Positions 39,552 through 51,335 of a stretch of 64,000 bases of DNA are shown piece by piece; the first letter of the stretch is position 1, and each line of letters starts with the position of its first letter. Position numbers and translations under genes: made by a program. The stretch is from the sequence record NC_070873.1; one strand, 5' to 3'. The stretch comes from Escherichia phage St11Ph5. The notes under the pieces are model-generated. The model had not been told where the DNA came from. It worked only from the letters and a program-made list of their open reading frames with translations, and searched no databases.

Positions 39552-41498
39552 TTATCGAGGTTGCATATAGGGAGGTAAACCCTCTGCTAATTTTCGATAA
39601 CGTTTAGCTCGTTCTTCATCTTCACGACTACGCTCACGTTCTACTGAAGCATTAGAACGGAAGTTCTGTGGAACCAGGTTTCCTTGGTCAGCTACCACAG
39701 TATTGACAGCAGCATCTAGTGCAGCTCGTGCTCTTGCTAACTCAGCCTCACGAGCAGGAATAGTAGCAGCAAGTCCACTTTGCCCAGCAGCTACACGACG
39801 ACGGGTATCAGCAAGCAAGGCTTCTGCTTGTGTTACCTGGTTCTGAGCATTTTCAATATTACCCTGTACCTGAGTAAGAACATTATCACGAGCAGTAGCT
39901 TCAATACCTTCCCCACGTCGTACCGAACGTGCTAGTTCTCTGGCAACGGTATCATCAATACGAATACCACCACCACCCTCATTGGAGATGAATGGATTAA
40001 GTGCATCAAGTGCTCGACTAATCATACCTTCCGGTACGTTGGTAGTAGACTGCTTAAGAATCTCAGCAGCTACAGCAGGAGACTGACCGGATTCCTGCAT
40101 AACATCATTCAGTCGAGCTATCATCCATCCTTTCTCAGAACCTTTAAAAGCATCCTTAAGAAGACGGTCTGCTACTTCACCAATGGTAGAGTTGTCACGT
40201 AATGCACGAGCATAGTTAGCAGTAATAGTTCCAGTATTATCTTCAGACTGGCGAGCAGCAACTGTATTGCCTGCCATGTTTGAGACTACTTGCTGGGTCT
40301 GTAACTGTTCAAGAGGTGCACCTACTTCTGCCTGTGCAATTAACTGACGTGCTTCACTCCATGGCATATCCTTATAACCACCAACACCCAAGTCAGGCAA
40401 TGCAGCCCAAGTCTTGGAAAGGTTACCACTCTTACGGTCATTGAAGATTGCTTCAGCTATTTTGTCCTGTACTTCAGGAGTCATTTGCTGATTACGCCAA
40501 TCTGAACCAAGCACCTTAGGTGCATAGTCTTCCAGAGTAGCTTTATTAATCTGAAATGCTCCTACAGGGGAATGACCTTGTGACGGGTTATTAATCATAG
40601 TTTGTTGATGATTAGTAACCTCACCCAGTGTCATTTCAGTAATAGGCTTATCAGTAGCAGCAAAGGTATATGTTGCATCATAAGGAGAACCAGAACGAGT
40701 ACCAGCAGTTCCCGGAGCAGGGCCAGAAGGAGACACAGCATAAGTACCCGGGAATCTCTGGTTCACACCTCGCATGATTGCAGCACGTACACCAGGAGAA
40801 GCATTCTGCATAGCAGACTCTGCCAGTGTAAGAGCATCCATAGGTGTAGAAGCACTACGGAAAATGTCTGTCAATATACCGGATGCAGCTTGTGAATCAG
40901 CATCATTACGTTGAGCCACACCCAAATCAAAACGGTTCTGTGCTTGGTTAATAGCCTGACCACCTTGCCCTTGAAGACGACTCAGCATATCCAGTTGTTG
41001 ATCAGCAGGGAGTGTAGACAGTGCCTCTCGGGTTTGTCCCAATGCAGAATTAATACGGTTCTGGTCACCGGACTGATAAGCCTCAGACAGCAGTCGAATA
41101 GCTGGAGAAGCATTATCCAGTGCAGAGTTAACATCCTTTAAGCGACCAAAGTTATAAGCATTGAAGTCATTGATTCCCTGTTGACCTTGCTGAGTCAGAA
41201 GTGTACCTGCTCGCTCATCCAGATTCTGAAGGGTATGTTGGTTTACCAATGAAGGGTCAACCCCCTGAAACAGTGCACCAGATGCCAGAGCATTACGATA
41301 CTCAGTAGGGTCTTGATACTGCATAGCATTCATCATGACGGCATTGCCAGCCTCCTGCTTGGCAGCGTTCTGGAAGTTACCCAGTGCATCACTTAAGCCG
41401 GAGGTGGCGCTACCAATCATGCTTCCAAATGTGCGAATGCTGTCACCAACTCCGGAGAAGTTAGGTGCATCAACATTACGCCATGTAATTTGAGCCAT
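39552..41498 (-). CDS. virion protein (N4 gp51/52-like position)
   Basis: 648-aa ORF upstream of vRNAP in late operon; Gln/Ala-rich; product by synteny. Confidence 0.4.
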   Translation of the reverse strand: MAQITWRNVDAPNFSGVGDSIRTFGSMIGSATSGLSDALGNFQNAAKQEAGNAVMMNAMQYQDPTEYRNALASGALFQGVDPSLVNQHTLQNLDERAGTLLTQQGQQGINDFNAYNFGRLKDVNSALDNASPAIRLLSEAYQSGDQNRINSALGQTREALSTLPADQQLDMLSRLQGQGGQAINQAQNRFDLGVAQRNDADSQAASGILTDIFRSASTPMDALTLAESAMQNASPGVRAAIMRGVNQRFPGTYAVSPSGPAPGTAGTRSGSPYDATYTFAATDKPITEMTLGEVTNHQQTMINNPSQGHSPVGAFQINKATLEDYAPKVLGSDWRNQQMTPEVQDKIAEAIFNDRKSGNLSKTWAALPDLGVGGYKDMPWSEARQLIAQAEVGAPLEQLQTQQVVSNMAGNTVAARQSEDNTGTITANYARALRDNSTIGEVADRLLKDAFKGSEKGWMIARLNDVMQESGQSPAVAAEILKQSTTNVPEGMISRALDALNPFISNEGGGGIRIDDTVARELARSVRRGEGIEATARDNVLTQVQGNIENAQNQVTQAEALLADTRRRVAAGQSGLAATIPAREAELARARAALDAAVNTVVADQGNLVPQNFRSNASVERERSREDEERAKRYRKLAEGLPPYMQPR

Positions 41499-41510
41499 GA
41501 TGGTTTCCTA

Positions 41511-41954
41511 TTAACGAGTTAGCTTATTAGCTGCAATGTAAGCATCAGCTGAAGACTGGTCACGGTTCTCTGCTGTAGCACGACTACGAGCACGGTCTTC
41601 TAGTGCAGTGTTATAAGACTTAATCTGGTTATTCAGGTTAGTGTTAGTAACACTCTTAGCAAAGTTCAACTGGTCTTTGGCTAACTTATTAGCCTGGAAA
41701 CCACTGTAGATATTAGCTAATGAACCAAGTGCACCAAGCCCTAACTGAAAGGTAGGTACGTTCATGCCCAACTGATTAGCTGAACCAGACATGAGCGAAG
41801 TAGGGGTAGATGCACCCAAATTAGTACCCATACCAATAGCTGCACCTGGGTTATAGTTCATAGCCGAGGTATTAAAGTTCTGATTGTTATTAGACATCCA
41901 AGACATAGCAGCTGGCTGTGGGGTTTGGTTGCCTGTTAAGAATGACAAATCCAT
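41511..41954 (-). CDS. hypothetical virion protein
   Basis: 147-aa ORF in structural block. Confidence 0.4.
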   Translation of the reverse strand: MDLSFLTGNQTPQPAAMSWMSNNNQNFNTSAMNYNPGAAIGMGTNLGASTPTSLMSGSANQLGMNVPTFQLGLGALGSLANIYSGFQANKLAKDQLNFAKSVTNTNLNNQIKSYNTALEDRARSRATAENRDQSSADAYIAANKLTR

Positions 41955-41967
41955 GGGGATTCTCCTG

Positions 41968-44622
41968 TTAAACTAGGTCAGTATTAAGGGTCATGTCAGA
42001 GTAGTTGCCAATCATGTCTAGAGACAAGTCAGCTATATCTGAACCAGTCATAAGAGTACGTGATAAGAATGAATCCAGTGACTCCATTGACACGAATTGC
42101 ATTGGGTCAATTACACCCTGCCCAGCAGTACCAAACATTTCTTCATACTGCTTATTGATTGCCATCATATCAGTATTGTACTGCTGCATTACTTTCTCTG
42201 CTTTCTGAATAGTAGCAGCCGTAGATGCATTAATATACTGACTAATACCATTACCTACCGAACTGGTAAGCTGCATGATGTTTTGGGCATTCATCATCTC
42301 ACCTGCTAGGGTGGATAAGGATGTACCAGTAGACAAAGCAGTACCAACATTCATAGCTACCAATGAAGCAATAGCAGCAATGATAAAACCTAGCTTATCT
42401 CCGAACAGTGCAGTGGATACTTTTGTAGTAATGGATATCAGAATCATTGCAGCAATAGCATTTGCTACAGCACCAACTATTACAGCAGCTAATCCAACAA
42501 AACCAAGAGAAGCACCAACTGCACCATATGCTCCAAGTATACCTGCACCACCAGCACCCATAGTGAATACGGATACAACGACAGCAACTACAACAACCAC
42601 AATCTTAAAAGCAGATGTTTGGTACCACTTCTGCTTAACCTTCTTATATGAGTTCATCACTAAGTAGGAACAGGCAGTGGATAACTGAGTACTTCGAACC
42701 AGTGACATTGAACGGTAGATGTTAGTATGTAGTGGAATAATGAATCCACTCTCCTCTGCATCACCCATTGCTTCGGCAACATCAATGTGCACTGACTTAT
42801 TCTTATATACCCTGTTATTGTGGTTTAGACCCAGTACCCTGAGTTTACGGTAAGTGTTATTACCATCCTGCCAAAGCAACTCATACTCCTGCATCGAATA
42901 GAATGTATATGTTACTTCAAGTTTCTTAGCAGAACCGGAGTTAGAAGCTGTCCTTATGTTCTTGCGAGTAAGAGTTATATCTCCTGCATACCTGGCTCGA
43001 AGTTGTCCTTGCTTAGCACCAGACCATGCTTGTCCTGAGTGAGTAGTTTCGGATACATAGTTCCAGCCAATAGTCATGTCATATTTGTAATGCTTATTAC
43101 TATGTACCCTAAACTCTCGCTTAGGTATGACTGGATATTCTGGAAGTGGCGGGGGAGTTCCAATAGTATGCCCCTCAGTTCTGTTCCACCATTCTACATA
43201 TACATCAACTGCATCATTAGCTGCCTGATACCCTGCAATCACTGCCTCCAAAGTTGGGTAGGTTGGGTCAGGAGGGAATGCTTCAGTAGCCATCTGAAAG
43301 AAGCGATAGATGTATTCCTTGGCAGTATCTTCAGGAGTATTAAGAGATACACCGAATGTTCCATAAATGTACTGAATATCACCTATATCATCATTCTTCT
43401 TAAGCTCTGTCACTACCTTATCAATTTTCCCACCAGTAGCTTTATAAAGGGCTTTCTTACAGTGTGGGTAGATTGGGTCATTCTCTACCCATTGTTTATC
43501 ATTCCTGATTGGAATGAATGGATAGAACCGGTTATCAGTAGCCTCAGTTTCAAACAGTGAATCTAGTGCAACGTTACCAGAGTTCTGCTTATAGATAAGC
43601 ATCTTAGGCGTACCAACAGCAGTCATCTCAGTATCAGTACGAGTAGTCTGAGATGAGTACTTACGAACCAGTGTCTCTGTGGTTGTAGTAATTGTATCGG
43701 TACGAGTAACACCACCACCTATATCAACTACATTGGTAGTCACAACAGTACTGGACTGAATCTCACCAAACTTTTTATGAGTCATTACTCTGTCAGATAC
43801 AACTACAGTCACATCATCAGGTTTCTCAGTGAATCCTCTACGGTAAACCTTAACGTAAGAGTTCCAGTTATCCACACTTGGCTCAGTGACAGTACTATCT
43901 TCATCTGGTCTGCCATCAGAGTAAACAGAATGAGTATGTATAGTCTTAATAAGGTTGGTTGTATTAGCCGTCGTATCGCTTGAAATGGTAGTCCATAACA
44001 AAGTGGAGGGTAAGTCATCCTCATCATCATAGACAGTAGTCGGTCCTACTACAGGTGGATTAATAGAAGGGGATTTGTAAAAAGAGTAATCAGCATAGAG
44101 ATACAAAGCACCTGGTTCAAAGTTAGTAGGTGTGAATTTAATAGTAGAACCTCCATCCAAGGAGGTCATAGTAATTTCATTGATATCTTCATCAATGTCG
44201 ATGTCGAATCGTTCCATGATTCGACTTGGAGCATTCTCATAAAGATACTGGTCACACCATTGTTCAAAGTCAGCAAAGCCAATCTCTGCTGCCTGAACGT
44301 AGACAGACTCTCCAGCAGGTGGTGTAATTTGACCCTCTATAACAGTAGGGTCAATCTTAGCCAGTACACCTAATGAAGAACCAGCCATGCCAACTTCTGA
44401 ATCATAGTGATTCTTACTCCAGCTGGAGAACAGTCGCATACGAATACCCGGCCCATTCAGATAACTATCAGAGATAGTGTCTGCCATAGTGAATCCTGTA
44501 TTTGAAACGATATTGCCTATGACTACAGTCTTCATATAGTTAGGGCGTTTATGTATATCCCCTGCCATGTTATAGACAGAGGATGCTACGTATACTTTGG
44601 TCTTCCCACTGAATAAGCCCAT
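41968..44622 (-). CDS. large virion protein with C-terminal multi-pass membrane region
   Basis: 884 aa; C-terminal about 120 aa Gly/Ala/Val-rich with 3 predicted TM helices. Confidence 0.45.
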   Translation of the reverse strand: MGLFSGKTKVYVASSVYNMAGDIHKRPNYMKTVVIGNIVSNTGFTMADTISDSYLNGPGIRMRLFSSWSKNHYDSEVGMAGSSLGVLAKIDPTVIEGQITPPAGESVYVQAAEIGFADFEQWCDQYLYENAPSRIMERFDIDIDEDINEITMTSLDGGSTIKFTPTNFEPGALYLYADYSFYKSPSINPPVVGPTTVYDDEDDLPSTLLWTTISSDTTANTTNLIKTIHTHSVYSDGRPDEDSTVTEPSVDNWNSYVKVYRRGFTEKPDDVTVVVSDRVMTHKKFGEIQSSTVVTTNVVDIGGGVTRTDTITTTTETLVRKYSSQTTRTDTEMTAVGTPKMLIYKQNSGNVALDSLFETEATDNRFYPFIPIRNDKQWVENDPIYPHCKKALYKATGGKIDKVVTELKKNDDIGDIQYIYGTFGVSLNTPEDTAKEYIYRFFQMATEAFPPDPTYPTLEAVIAGYQAANDAVDVYVEWWNRTEGHTIGTPPPLPEYPVIPKREFRVHSNKHYKYDMTIGWNYVSETTHSGQAWSGAKQGQLRARYAGDITLTRKNIRTASNSGSAKKLEVTYTFYSMQEYELLWQDGNNTYRKLRVLGLNHNNRVYKNKSVHIDVAEAMGDAEESGFIIPLHTNIYRSMSLVRSTQLSTACSYLVMNSYKKVKQKWYQTSAFKIVVVVVAVVVSVFTMGAGGAGILGAYGAVGASLGFVGLAAVIVGAVANAIAAMILISITTKVSTALFGDKLGFIIAAIASLVAMNVGTALSTGTSLSTLAGEMMNAQNIMQLTSSVGNGISQYINASTAATIQKAEKVMQQYNTDMMAINKQYEEMFGTAGQGVIDPMQFVSMESLDSFLSRTLMTGSDIADLSLDMIGNYSDMTLNTDLV

Positions 44623-44623
44623 A

Positions 44624-45466
44624 TTAGTTCAGCCCGTTGTTAGACTTCAGCTTGGTCAGAATGGTATCAATACTTGCGTTAGTGAAGCCATTCGGTGGGT
44701 TCAAGCCTTCGTCAATAGTCTTCTGAGTAATCCATGCATCAGTAAACAACTTAGATGCTTTAACCTCTGCATCACGTTGGTAAGAAGTAATCTGTTGAGA
44801 GTACAACTCTTTCTGTTTACCTACAGAACCCTTAACTACTGCACCATCAGTACGAGTGTCCAGCGTCTGTGCACGTTGTGCTTCTGTCTGCTCAGTAAGC
44901 AATTTAAGCTGTTGGGGTAACATCTGACTAGCATTAAACAATGCAGCACAGTATGTCTCAGACTCAGTAGCAATCTTTAACTTAGTAAGTGCATATTCAC
45001 TCTTAGCAGACAATGCCTGAATCTTAGCTAGTACATACTGAGCTTTAGAGGTAGCCAATGTGACACGAGCAGTAACTGCTTGAATCTGTGCCAGTGCAGC
45101 AGCCCAGTATGCCTGGTCACGACCAAGTAAGAACTGAACAGCATTACTCATGCAAGATTCCATCATAGCAATGTATGCTTTGGTATATTCACCACCTGTA
45201 ATGCGGTTAGCCTTAAACTCAGCTTTAAGGTGATTGTGAGCAGATTCCATTAATGCATCAAACGTACCACTACCACCTACTTCACGGGTAGTAAGGGATT
45301 CATTGGTTATTTTGGTAATGGCTCCAAAGATTGGAGAATCATCCCCACCTGGGATATCCCATTCGGGACCGGACATATCAATATCAGGGAGGGTAAAGTC
45401 ATCACCCTTAGTCAACTCTTCAAGGAGTCGGTTAGCTTCTACCTCAGCAGAACAAGACATAATCAT
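44624..45466 (-). CDS. hypothetical virion protein
   Basis: 280-aa ORF, helical-looking sequence; structural block. Confidence 0.4.
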   Translation of the reverse strand: MIMSCSAEVEANRLLEELTKGDDFTLPDIDMSGPEWDIPGGDDSPIFGAITKITNESLTTREVGGSGTFDALMESAHNHLKAEFKANRITGGEYTKAYIAMMESCMSNAVQFLLGRDQAYWAAALAQIQAVTARVTLATSKAQYVLAKIQALSAKSEYALTKLKIATESETYCAALFNASQMLPQQLKLLTEQTEAQRAQTLDTRTDGAVVKGSVGKQKELYSQQITSYQRDAEVKASKLFTDAWITQKTIDEGLNPPNGFTNASIDTILTKLKSNNGLN

Positions 45467-45536
45467 TCCTCTTGGTTCAAAAAGAAACGGCCCACGGAGT
45501 TACCCCAGTGAGCCGTGTTGAACTGTAGCTTATACG

Positions 45537-46178
45537 TTAATCGTTAAGGCTACCAGCAGCAATCTGTGCTTGAGCCAGCTGAGCCAGTTCAGCTTCAGTC
45601 AACGGAGGCAGTACTTCAATGGAGAACTCACGTGCTTCTGTTGCACGGATGTCCGGTAAGCCATTCTTACCTTTACGAGTCGTAATGTTGATAAACTTAC
45701 GCTCTTTAAGGAACTCGTAGATACAATACGGAATATGATAACCATTGTCGGTTACTTCACCGAACGGAACAAACTTACGTACAGTACCCATATATTCGTT
45801 AGCTACGGTGATAATCTCACCCGGCAGGTCTTTCTTCTTAGGATCGAGGTTCTGGATACGTACACGAATCAGTCGAGTCTGCTCTGCACGAATCTTCTGA
45901 CCCAGGGTCATCTTCTTAACACCAGCTTCCTGTTTTTCACCAAGGGGGTTAACAGCAGCTTCCTCTACTACTGGTTCATCTTTTACTTGTGCAGCTTCAA
46001 TCTTCTCACGAAGCTTCTCAACGGAAATGTTGTTAGAGAACTTAATATTCATCAACGTTGCACGTTGCTTAAGAACTTCAAGTTCGCTAGGCATTGCAAT
46101 ATCGTTAACGGTATCTTCGTTGCCCTGTACGTTTACTTCTACGTCAGTGGTCGGTTTATCGTTAATGCTCATGTTCAT
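45537..46178 (-). CDS. hypothetical protein
   Basis: 213-aa ORF downstream of capsid gene. Confidence 0.4.
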   Translation of the reverse strand: MNMSINDKPTTDVEVNVQGNEDTVNDIAMPSELEVLKQRATLMNIKFSNNISVEKLREKIEAAQVKDEPVVEEAAVNPLGEKQEAGVKKMTLGQKIRAEQTRLIRVRIQNLDPKKKDLPGEIITVANEYMGTVRKFVPFGEVTDNGYHIPYCIYEFLKERKFINITTRKGKNGLPDIRATEAREFSIEVLPPLTEAELAQLAQAQIAAGSLND

Positions 46179-46200
46179 ATTTCCTGCGGTTCATTTAGTT

Positions 46201-46235
46201 TTATTAAGAGGGGGACATAAGTCCCCCTTGTTTTA
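46201..46235 (-). other. GC hairpin immediately downstream of capsid gene
   Basis: Stem AGGGGGAC / GTCCCCCT, loop ATAA; no good T-tract on minus strand. Confidence 0.35.
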
Positions 46236-46245
46236 TTTCGGACTA

Positions 46246-47448
46246 TTACAGAGGAGCAACAGTCTTAATCAGAGCCAGACGTTCTGGGCGTTTAACCAGG
46301 ATACCATAGTACCACTTGATAGAACTGAAGCCAGTTTCACCATACGGGTCATTACGGTCAGCAGTTTCTTTACCAGGCATCTTAGTCATGATGGTGAACT
46401 TAACAGACTTACCATCAGTCTGGAAGCCAATGGTAGAGAAGGAATCATCACCAACTACCAGCATCGGGAACACGTCGTAGTGCTCCTGACCAGATACCAT
46501 AGAGCTACGATAACCTGGGTTATTGCTAACCTGTGCACCAGCACCTGCCCAATGCAGCATCTCAGGAACCTGGATAATACGGAACTTATCAATACAACCG
46601 ATTTCACCATTCATCAGTGTACCAGCATCAGCATAGTGCTGAACTTCGATGAATGCTTTATTACCAAACAGGTCTTTCATCGCTTTCAGTTCTGGAACTA
46701 GTTCAGAACCAACGTACATCACACGAGTACCACCAAGTACTTTGGTATCTGTCAGTTTAGAACCAGTGATGATAGTAGTCTGGGTCGGGGTACGGTTCTC
46801 AGTAAGAATCTGGTCAAGACGCATCAGGTTCTTATAAGAAACTACAGACGGAGTAGCACCTTCACCAGTGATGGTAGCATCAGAGACAGCAGCACCTGCA
46901 TACAGTACAGTACCGGCAGCAGCCAGCAGGTCTTTCTGGAGAACAGCTTCAGTCAACTGTACAGCACCATTCATCAGTTCACGAGACAGGTGTTCTTTCA
47001 GTTGGTCATCAGAATCAAAGTCCAGAGACTCTTGAGTAAATTCGTAGAAGAAACCGAACTTATGAATAGAGCCTTCACGAGCCAGACGAGTAAAGCCTAC
47101 ACGGTTAACACGACCACCGTTCTCTGACAGCAGAGGCAGTTTAGAAGTGATGTTACCAACGTCTTTGGAAGAACCATACAGGTTACCGTTAACGATGGTA
47201 GCACCATTAGCATCAATACCCTGGTCGTTAATGTTCTTATCGTCGAGCAGAGGAACGTACTCATACACCTTAACAGTCTTACCGTAGTTCTTCGGCATGT
47301 TAACGGTGTTAGCCAGAGGCATAAAATACTGATCTTTACGGGACTGAATAATAGCTTTCTTCAGCCAGTAATAGGTATTCATCTGGTCGGAACCAGCACC
47401 ATCAATGCTAGATTTCTGACCGTCAATTGGAGCGTTATAGTTTAACAT
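46246..47448 (-). CDS. major capsid protein (N4 gp56-like)
   Basis: 400 aa; preceded by acidic scaffold-like gene and portal; size matches N4 MCP; assignment by synteny. Confidence 0.55.
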   Translation of the reverse strand: MLNYNAPIDGQKSSIDGAGSDQMNTYYWLKKAIIQSRKDQYFMPLANTVNMPKNYGKTVKVYEYVPLLDDKNINDQGIDANGATIVNGNLYGSSKDVGNITSKLPLLSENGGRVNRVGFTRLAREGSIHKFGFFYEFTQESLDFDSDDQLKEHLSRELMNGAVQLTEAVLQKDLLAAAGTVLYAGAAVSDATITGEGATPSVVSYKNLMRLDQILTENRTPTQTTIITGSKLTDTKVLGGTRVMYVGSELVPELKAMKDLFGNKAFIEVQHYADAGTLMNGEIGCIDKFRIIQVPEMLHWAGAGAQVSNNPGYRSSMVSGQEHYDVFPMLVVGDDSFSTIGFQTDGKSVKFTIMTKMPGKETADRNDPYGETGFSSIKWYYGILVKRPERLALIKTVAPL

Positions 47449-47464
47449 ATCATCTCATTCCTGT

Positions 47465-48685
47465 TTAAAGACTACCCGGTACTGGGAGTTTAGCGAAATC
47501 TTCATCACTCATAGCGAGTGGGTTTACAATAGGTGTTGCTTTACGTGTAGCAGCCCGATTAAGGGAAGCTGCTTTAGCTTGCTCGTTGTTAGCCAGAGTT
47601 TGCTTAGGTTGTGCTACACGCACTACCGGCTGAACTGCTGGTTTAACTGCTTGTACCGGTTCAGGCTTAGCCACTTGGTTAAATGCTCCTTGTTGTGCAA
47701 GGAGGTTACCAACGTAGTTATAAGCCTGAATGAACGGAGTACCTACCGGAATCTGACCTAACACCTGAAGACGATTCACTTCATTAGCAATGGTGTCATA
47801 AATACCATTCTCACGTTGTTCGTGAATAGTGTGGAGTAGACCACGATTCTGATAAAGAGCATCTTTACTGGCAGCATCCCATGTCGAGCTAATAACACCT
47901 AATGTAGCTTGTCCTTCTTGAGTAGACTTTAAGTCGTCAATTTCGGTTGCAAAATCTGCTTCGGTGTCTGTAACACGGTGTTTGCCACCCTGGTAGTTAA
48001 TTTCCTCTTCTGGATTAAAGTCCAGAGGATCTGTACCAGAGTCCTTCAACAACTTTTTAATGGCTTCAGGATTCTTCTTATCCAGGTCAATCAGGAAAGA
48101 AAGTTTTTCCTCATCCATTAAACCGTTGTTTTGTAGCATCAGCATTACCTTACGGTACGGCTGAAGTTCTTGCATCTTACGAGTATAGTTAGCACCCATC
48201 TGCATCAGGCTAATGGCCTCCTCCGGTGAACGGGGAGTAATCATTTTGCCGTTAGCTTTAAAAGGAGCCATCAACTTCTCATAACCTTCCTTATAGTTGA
48301 AGTCAGCAGGCAGACCTTCAGACTGTTTGCCTTCTTCTTTCTGTTCCTGGCCTGGTTCAGCAGTAGAAGGTTCAGCTTTAGTAATCGGCTTACCGTTACT
48401 ATCAACTTCTGTGTCAACAACTTTATCATCAACTTTATCAGAAGTTAAAGAATTTGCTGAATCATCTTCATCTGGGTCAGGTTCAGTGGAGGTTTCTTCG
48501 GTTGGTAGGTCTTCAACAGCAGGGGTGTCAACTTCTTCATCAGGAGTCTGTACGCCGTTGGTTTCTGGGTTGTTCTGAGTGGAAGTGTCTTCCTCAGTGA
48601 TAATAGCTGGGGCTTCCATATTCAGAATCTCATCATCCGACATTGCGAGAATGTCGGAAGCTGTGGTTGCAGCTTCCGTAGTCAT
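47465..48685 (-). CDS. scaffolding-like acidic protein
   Basis: 406 aa, very acidic Thr/Glu/Asp-rich N-terminal third; located between portal and capsid genes. Confidence 0.4.
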   Translation of the reverse strand: MTTEAATTASDILAMSDDEILNMEAPAIITEEDTSTQNNPETNGVQTPDEEVDTPAVEDLPTEETSTEPDPDEDDSANSLTSDKVDDKVVDTEVDSNGKPITKAEPSTAEPGQEQKEEGKQSEGLPADFNYKEGYEKLMAPFKANGKMITPRSPEEAISLMQMGANYTRKMQELQPYRKVMLMLQNNGLMDEEKLSFLIDLDKKNPEAIKKLLKDSGTDPLDFNPEEEINYQGGKHRVTDTEADFATEIDDLKSTQEGQATLGVISSTWDAASKDALYQNRGLLHTIHEQRENGIYDTIANEVNRLQVLGQIPVGTPFIQAYNYVGNLLAQQGAFNQVAKPEPVQAVKPAVQPVVRVAQPKQTLANNEQAKAASLNRAATRKATPIVNPLAMSDEDFAKLPVPGSL

Positions 48686-48704
48686 AGGAAATATCTCCGG
48701 TTAA

Positions 48705-49049
48705 TTATTCGTCTTCAGGTTCAGCACGAACTGCATCGAGTTCTTCTTCTACCTGAAGAATAACGTCAGCTTCGTTTTCGCCCATACGAATGGCAAGGTC
48801 GAGCCAACGACGTAAGTGACCAGCAGCTTGAGCCATGTTCAATGCATCTGCACGGTTATTAGGTTCAAGCAGTGGGTCACCAGACTCCTGCACGTAACGT
48901 GCACAATCTTCCACACAGAACTGGCGAAGGATTACTTTACGGAACAGTGGATTCTCCAGAAGTTTACGTACATCTTCTGCATGTGCAACTGCACCTTTAG
49001 CAGCTTCCAGTCGATGTTCCAGTCCTGCGATTGTTGATTCTTTACTCAT
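48705..49049 (-). CDS. hypothetical protein
   Basis: 114-aa ORF between portal and scaffold-like genes. Confidence 0.4.
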   Translation of the reverse strand: MSKESTIAGLEHRLEAAKGAVAHAEDVRKLLENPLFRKVILRQFCVEDCARYVQESGDPLLEPNNRADALNMAQAAGHLRRWLDLAIRMGENEADVILQVEEELDAVRAEPEDE

Positions 49050-49062
49050 GTGAAGGTCTGCC

Positions 49063-51333
49063 TTATAAGTTCATACCAAGAGCCGATGCTGGGTCTTGGC
49101 TAGGGTCATAAAACTGGGAACTAAGTGAATAAGTCGGGTCTTGCTGTGCAGCTAAGTCACGTTCCTGTAAAGAGTTCCCGTTAGTCAAAGTGTTATATCC
49201 GACAGCAGCAGATATATTGGGGGTAGTTTCACCTTCTTTAGTAGGTGTTGTCAACGCCTTAGTTATTTGAAGGTTCTGGTTTCCTTGAGACTGTGCTTTT
49301 TGTTTCTCCATATCACGAGCATGTTTAGTACCAGATTCCTGTTCCAGATAATCCAGGTCTTTAAGATCACCACTAGAAATAGCTTCTTTAGCTTTAGCAT
49401 TATTGAGTGCAATCTTACTTTTCAACTCTTCATTCTCAAGCTGTGCTTTCTGAATTGCCAATTGCTTAAGCTGTTCTTCCATAGGGTCTGGCTGTGGTTT
49501 CCATGTACGTAATTCATGAGCAAGGTCCGGCATACGTTTAAGTTCTGCAATCTTAGCTACAAGAGATAACGTAATAGTCTGGTCAACTGTATTACCTAAT
49601 GTTTGAACCATGAAGCTTAAATCCTGAGACTTCTGGTTATCAATTTCAGCAGTATTAATATCAACCTCAATATCGAAGTTACCTTTAAGGTCTTCACGAT
49701 TAATTTCTACATACTGCTCATTAGTAATACGTACCACTTCCTTCTCAGATAAGAACACAGCATTCATTGCACAAATCTTAGTACCAATGTCTGCCATACC
49801 CTTAGCTAATCGACGAAGGATTGCCATCTCACGTTTGGATGCTGCATCAAGTGCACCACGAATACCAGCAGCCACATCTCCATACGCTGCACCAGTTACG
49901 CCACCAGAAAATGCTTTAACACCTGTTAGTGCTTCTGCTTCCTGATTCTGCATCTGAGTCATTACTATTGCCGACTGAGGTAGTTCCGGGAACTTATGCT
50001 CCATAATGGCCTGACTAGGGTTACCCTGCATTGGGTTGTATTCATAGTCTTGCCCGTCATCATATCGACGACGGTTCAGGGTATCTAACATCCCCTTGGG
50101 GTAACCACGCTGTCCATTTGCACTTCGACCTAACAGGTCAATCATCCCACGCATAGTTGCACCAAGAATTGCTTGGTTATCTCCTAACAGTTCAGCATCA
50201 GCCTCACCATAGAGTTCACGTTTACGAGGCATATAGGGAACAACTACCAAGGGCAACTTACCATCCGGGAATGGGTTCTTCTCCATACGAATAAGAGTAG
50301 AGCCAATCCAGGTAGCGACAATTGGTTCCAGTGAACCATCATCGTTGATGTCATAGAATCCCCAGTATTCATAAGCGACTACTTTCTTACGAAGTGCATC
50401 CTTAAACTGGAAGTCACCAGGAGTTTTACTTTCATGGTCTGGGTCAGTCATAGGACTGGAACTTTCCCAGTCAATCTTATCCAGGTTATGGTAACGGTCT
50501 TTGTTCTTCATAAGGTCTGCTTTGCACGTCTCAAATGAGATAACTGCATAAAGAGCCTTATCCAAATCACCATTACAGCTTGGGTCAATAACTACGTTAT
50601 TTGGGTTAAGCATTTCAACAGTAGGTCTGTTAACCAGTGCTTTCTCTACTTCTACATCAGTAACACCAGTCTGAATTGCATAGGTAGCTTCTCCAGTTTC
50701 ATTGAAGTAGTTAACAGCTTCCTTGATATCTTCCGGCATTGTTTCATCATACTCACGGGGATTCTCTGCCTGAAGCTGTAGAGCCTGCTGAAGAATATCT
50801 GCTTGTTCCTGGTTCTCAATTGGATACAACTGGAAGACTGGAGTTTCTGTTTTAATCTTAACAGTCTTACGTTCCCAACCGATACGAGCAATACCAGTAC
50901 CATCATCTACGACACTGTGTACGTAATCATCCACCAATTTTACTTTATTAAGCTGGGTACGGAATTGGTAGTTAAGAACTAGCTCATTCTGACGTGCAGC
51001 TAACTCATCTTCAAAAGTTACAGGGGTTACCTTAAAGAGTTTATTGGATGAGAGGAATGGTTCAGACAATGGTGCATAACGCCATTCTGCCTGACGGCGA
51101 ACCAGTCTAGGTTGGACTTGTGAACGACCTTTAACCTTTGGGGGTTTAGCCTTACCCTTAACTTCCATCAGGTCATTCCACTCACGAATCTGTGCCATGA
51201 TTGCATCGTGGGCAGGTTTAGCTGATTCCAAATCGCCTTTCAGTAATTGGATACTTGGTTCCTTCTTCCAGTCCGTTAACTTCTCTGATTGAGCCGGGTC
51301 TGGTAAAGGCTTAAAAGTGTCTTGGTGTTCCAT
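49063..51333 (-). CDS. portal protein (N4 gp59-like)
   Basis: 756 aa; position upstream of scaffold/capsid; assignment by synteny. Confidence 0.5.
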   Translation of the reverse strand: MEHQDTFKPLPDPAQSEKLTDWKKEPSIQLLKGDLESAKPAHDAIMAQIREWNDLMEVKGKAKPPKVKGRSQVQPRLVRRQAEWRYAPLSEPFLSSNKLFKVTPVTFEDELAARQNELVLNYQFRTQLNKVKLVDDYVHSVVDDGTGIARIGWERKTVKIKTETPVFQLYPIENQEQADILQQALQLQAENPREYDETMPEDIKEAVNYFNETGEATYAIQTGVTDVEVEKALVNRPTVEMLNPNNVVIDPSCNGDLDKALYAVISFETCKADLMKNKDRYHNLDKIDWESSSPMTDPDHESKTPGDFQFKDALRKKVVAYEYWGFYDINDDGSLEPIVATWIGSTLIRMEKNPFPDGKLPLVVVPYMPRKRELYGEADAELLGDNQAILGATMRGMIDLLGRSANGQRGYPKGMLDTLNRRRYDDGQDYEYNPMQGNPSQAIMEHKFPELPQSAIVMTQMQNQEAEALTGVKAFSGGVTGAAYGDVAAGIRGALDAASKREMAILRRLAKGMADIGTKICAMNAVFLSEKEVVRITNEQYVEINREDLKGNFDIEVDINTAEIDNQKSQDLSFMVQTLGNTVDQTITLSLVAKIAELKRMPDLAHELRTWKPQPDPMEEQLKQLAIQKAQLENEELKSKIALNNAKAKEAISSGDLKDLDYLEQESGTKHARDMEKQKAQSQGNQNLQITKALTTPTKEGETTPNISAAVGYNTLTNGNSLQERDLAAQQDPTYSLSSQFYDPSQDPASALGMNL

Positions 51334-51335
51334 AG

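Noticed and set aside
46201-46235. Intrinsic terminator after the major capsid gene
   Set aside because: Strong GC hairpin, but the T-tract lies on the plus (non-coding) side; on the transcribed strand it is followed by TCTTAATAAAA, so it more likely acts as a stabilising 3-prime stem-loop or partial attenuator
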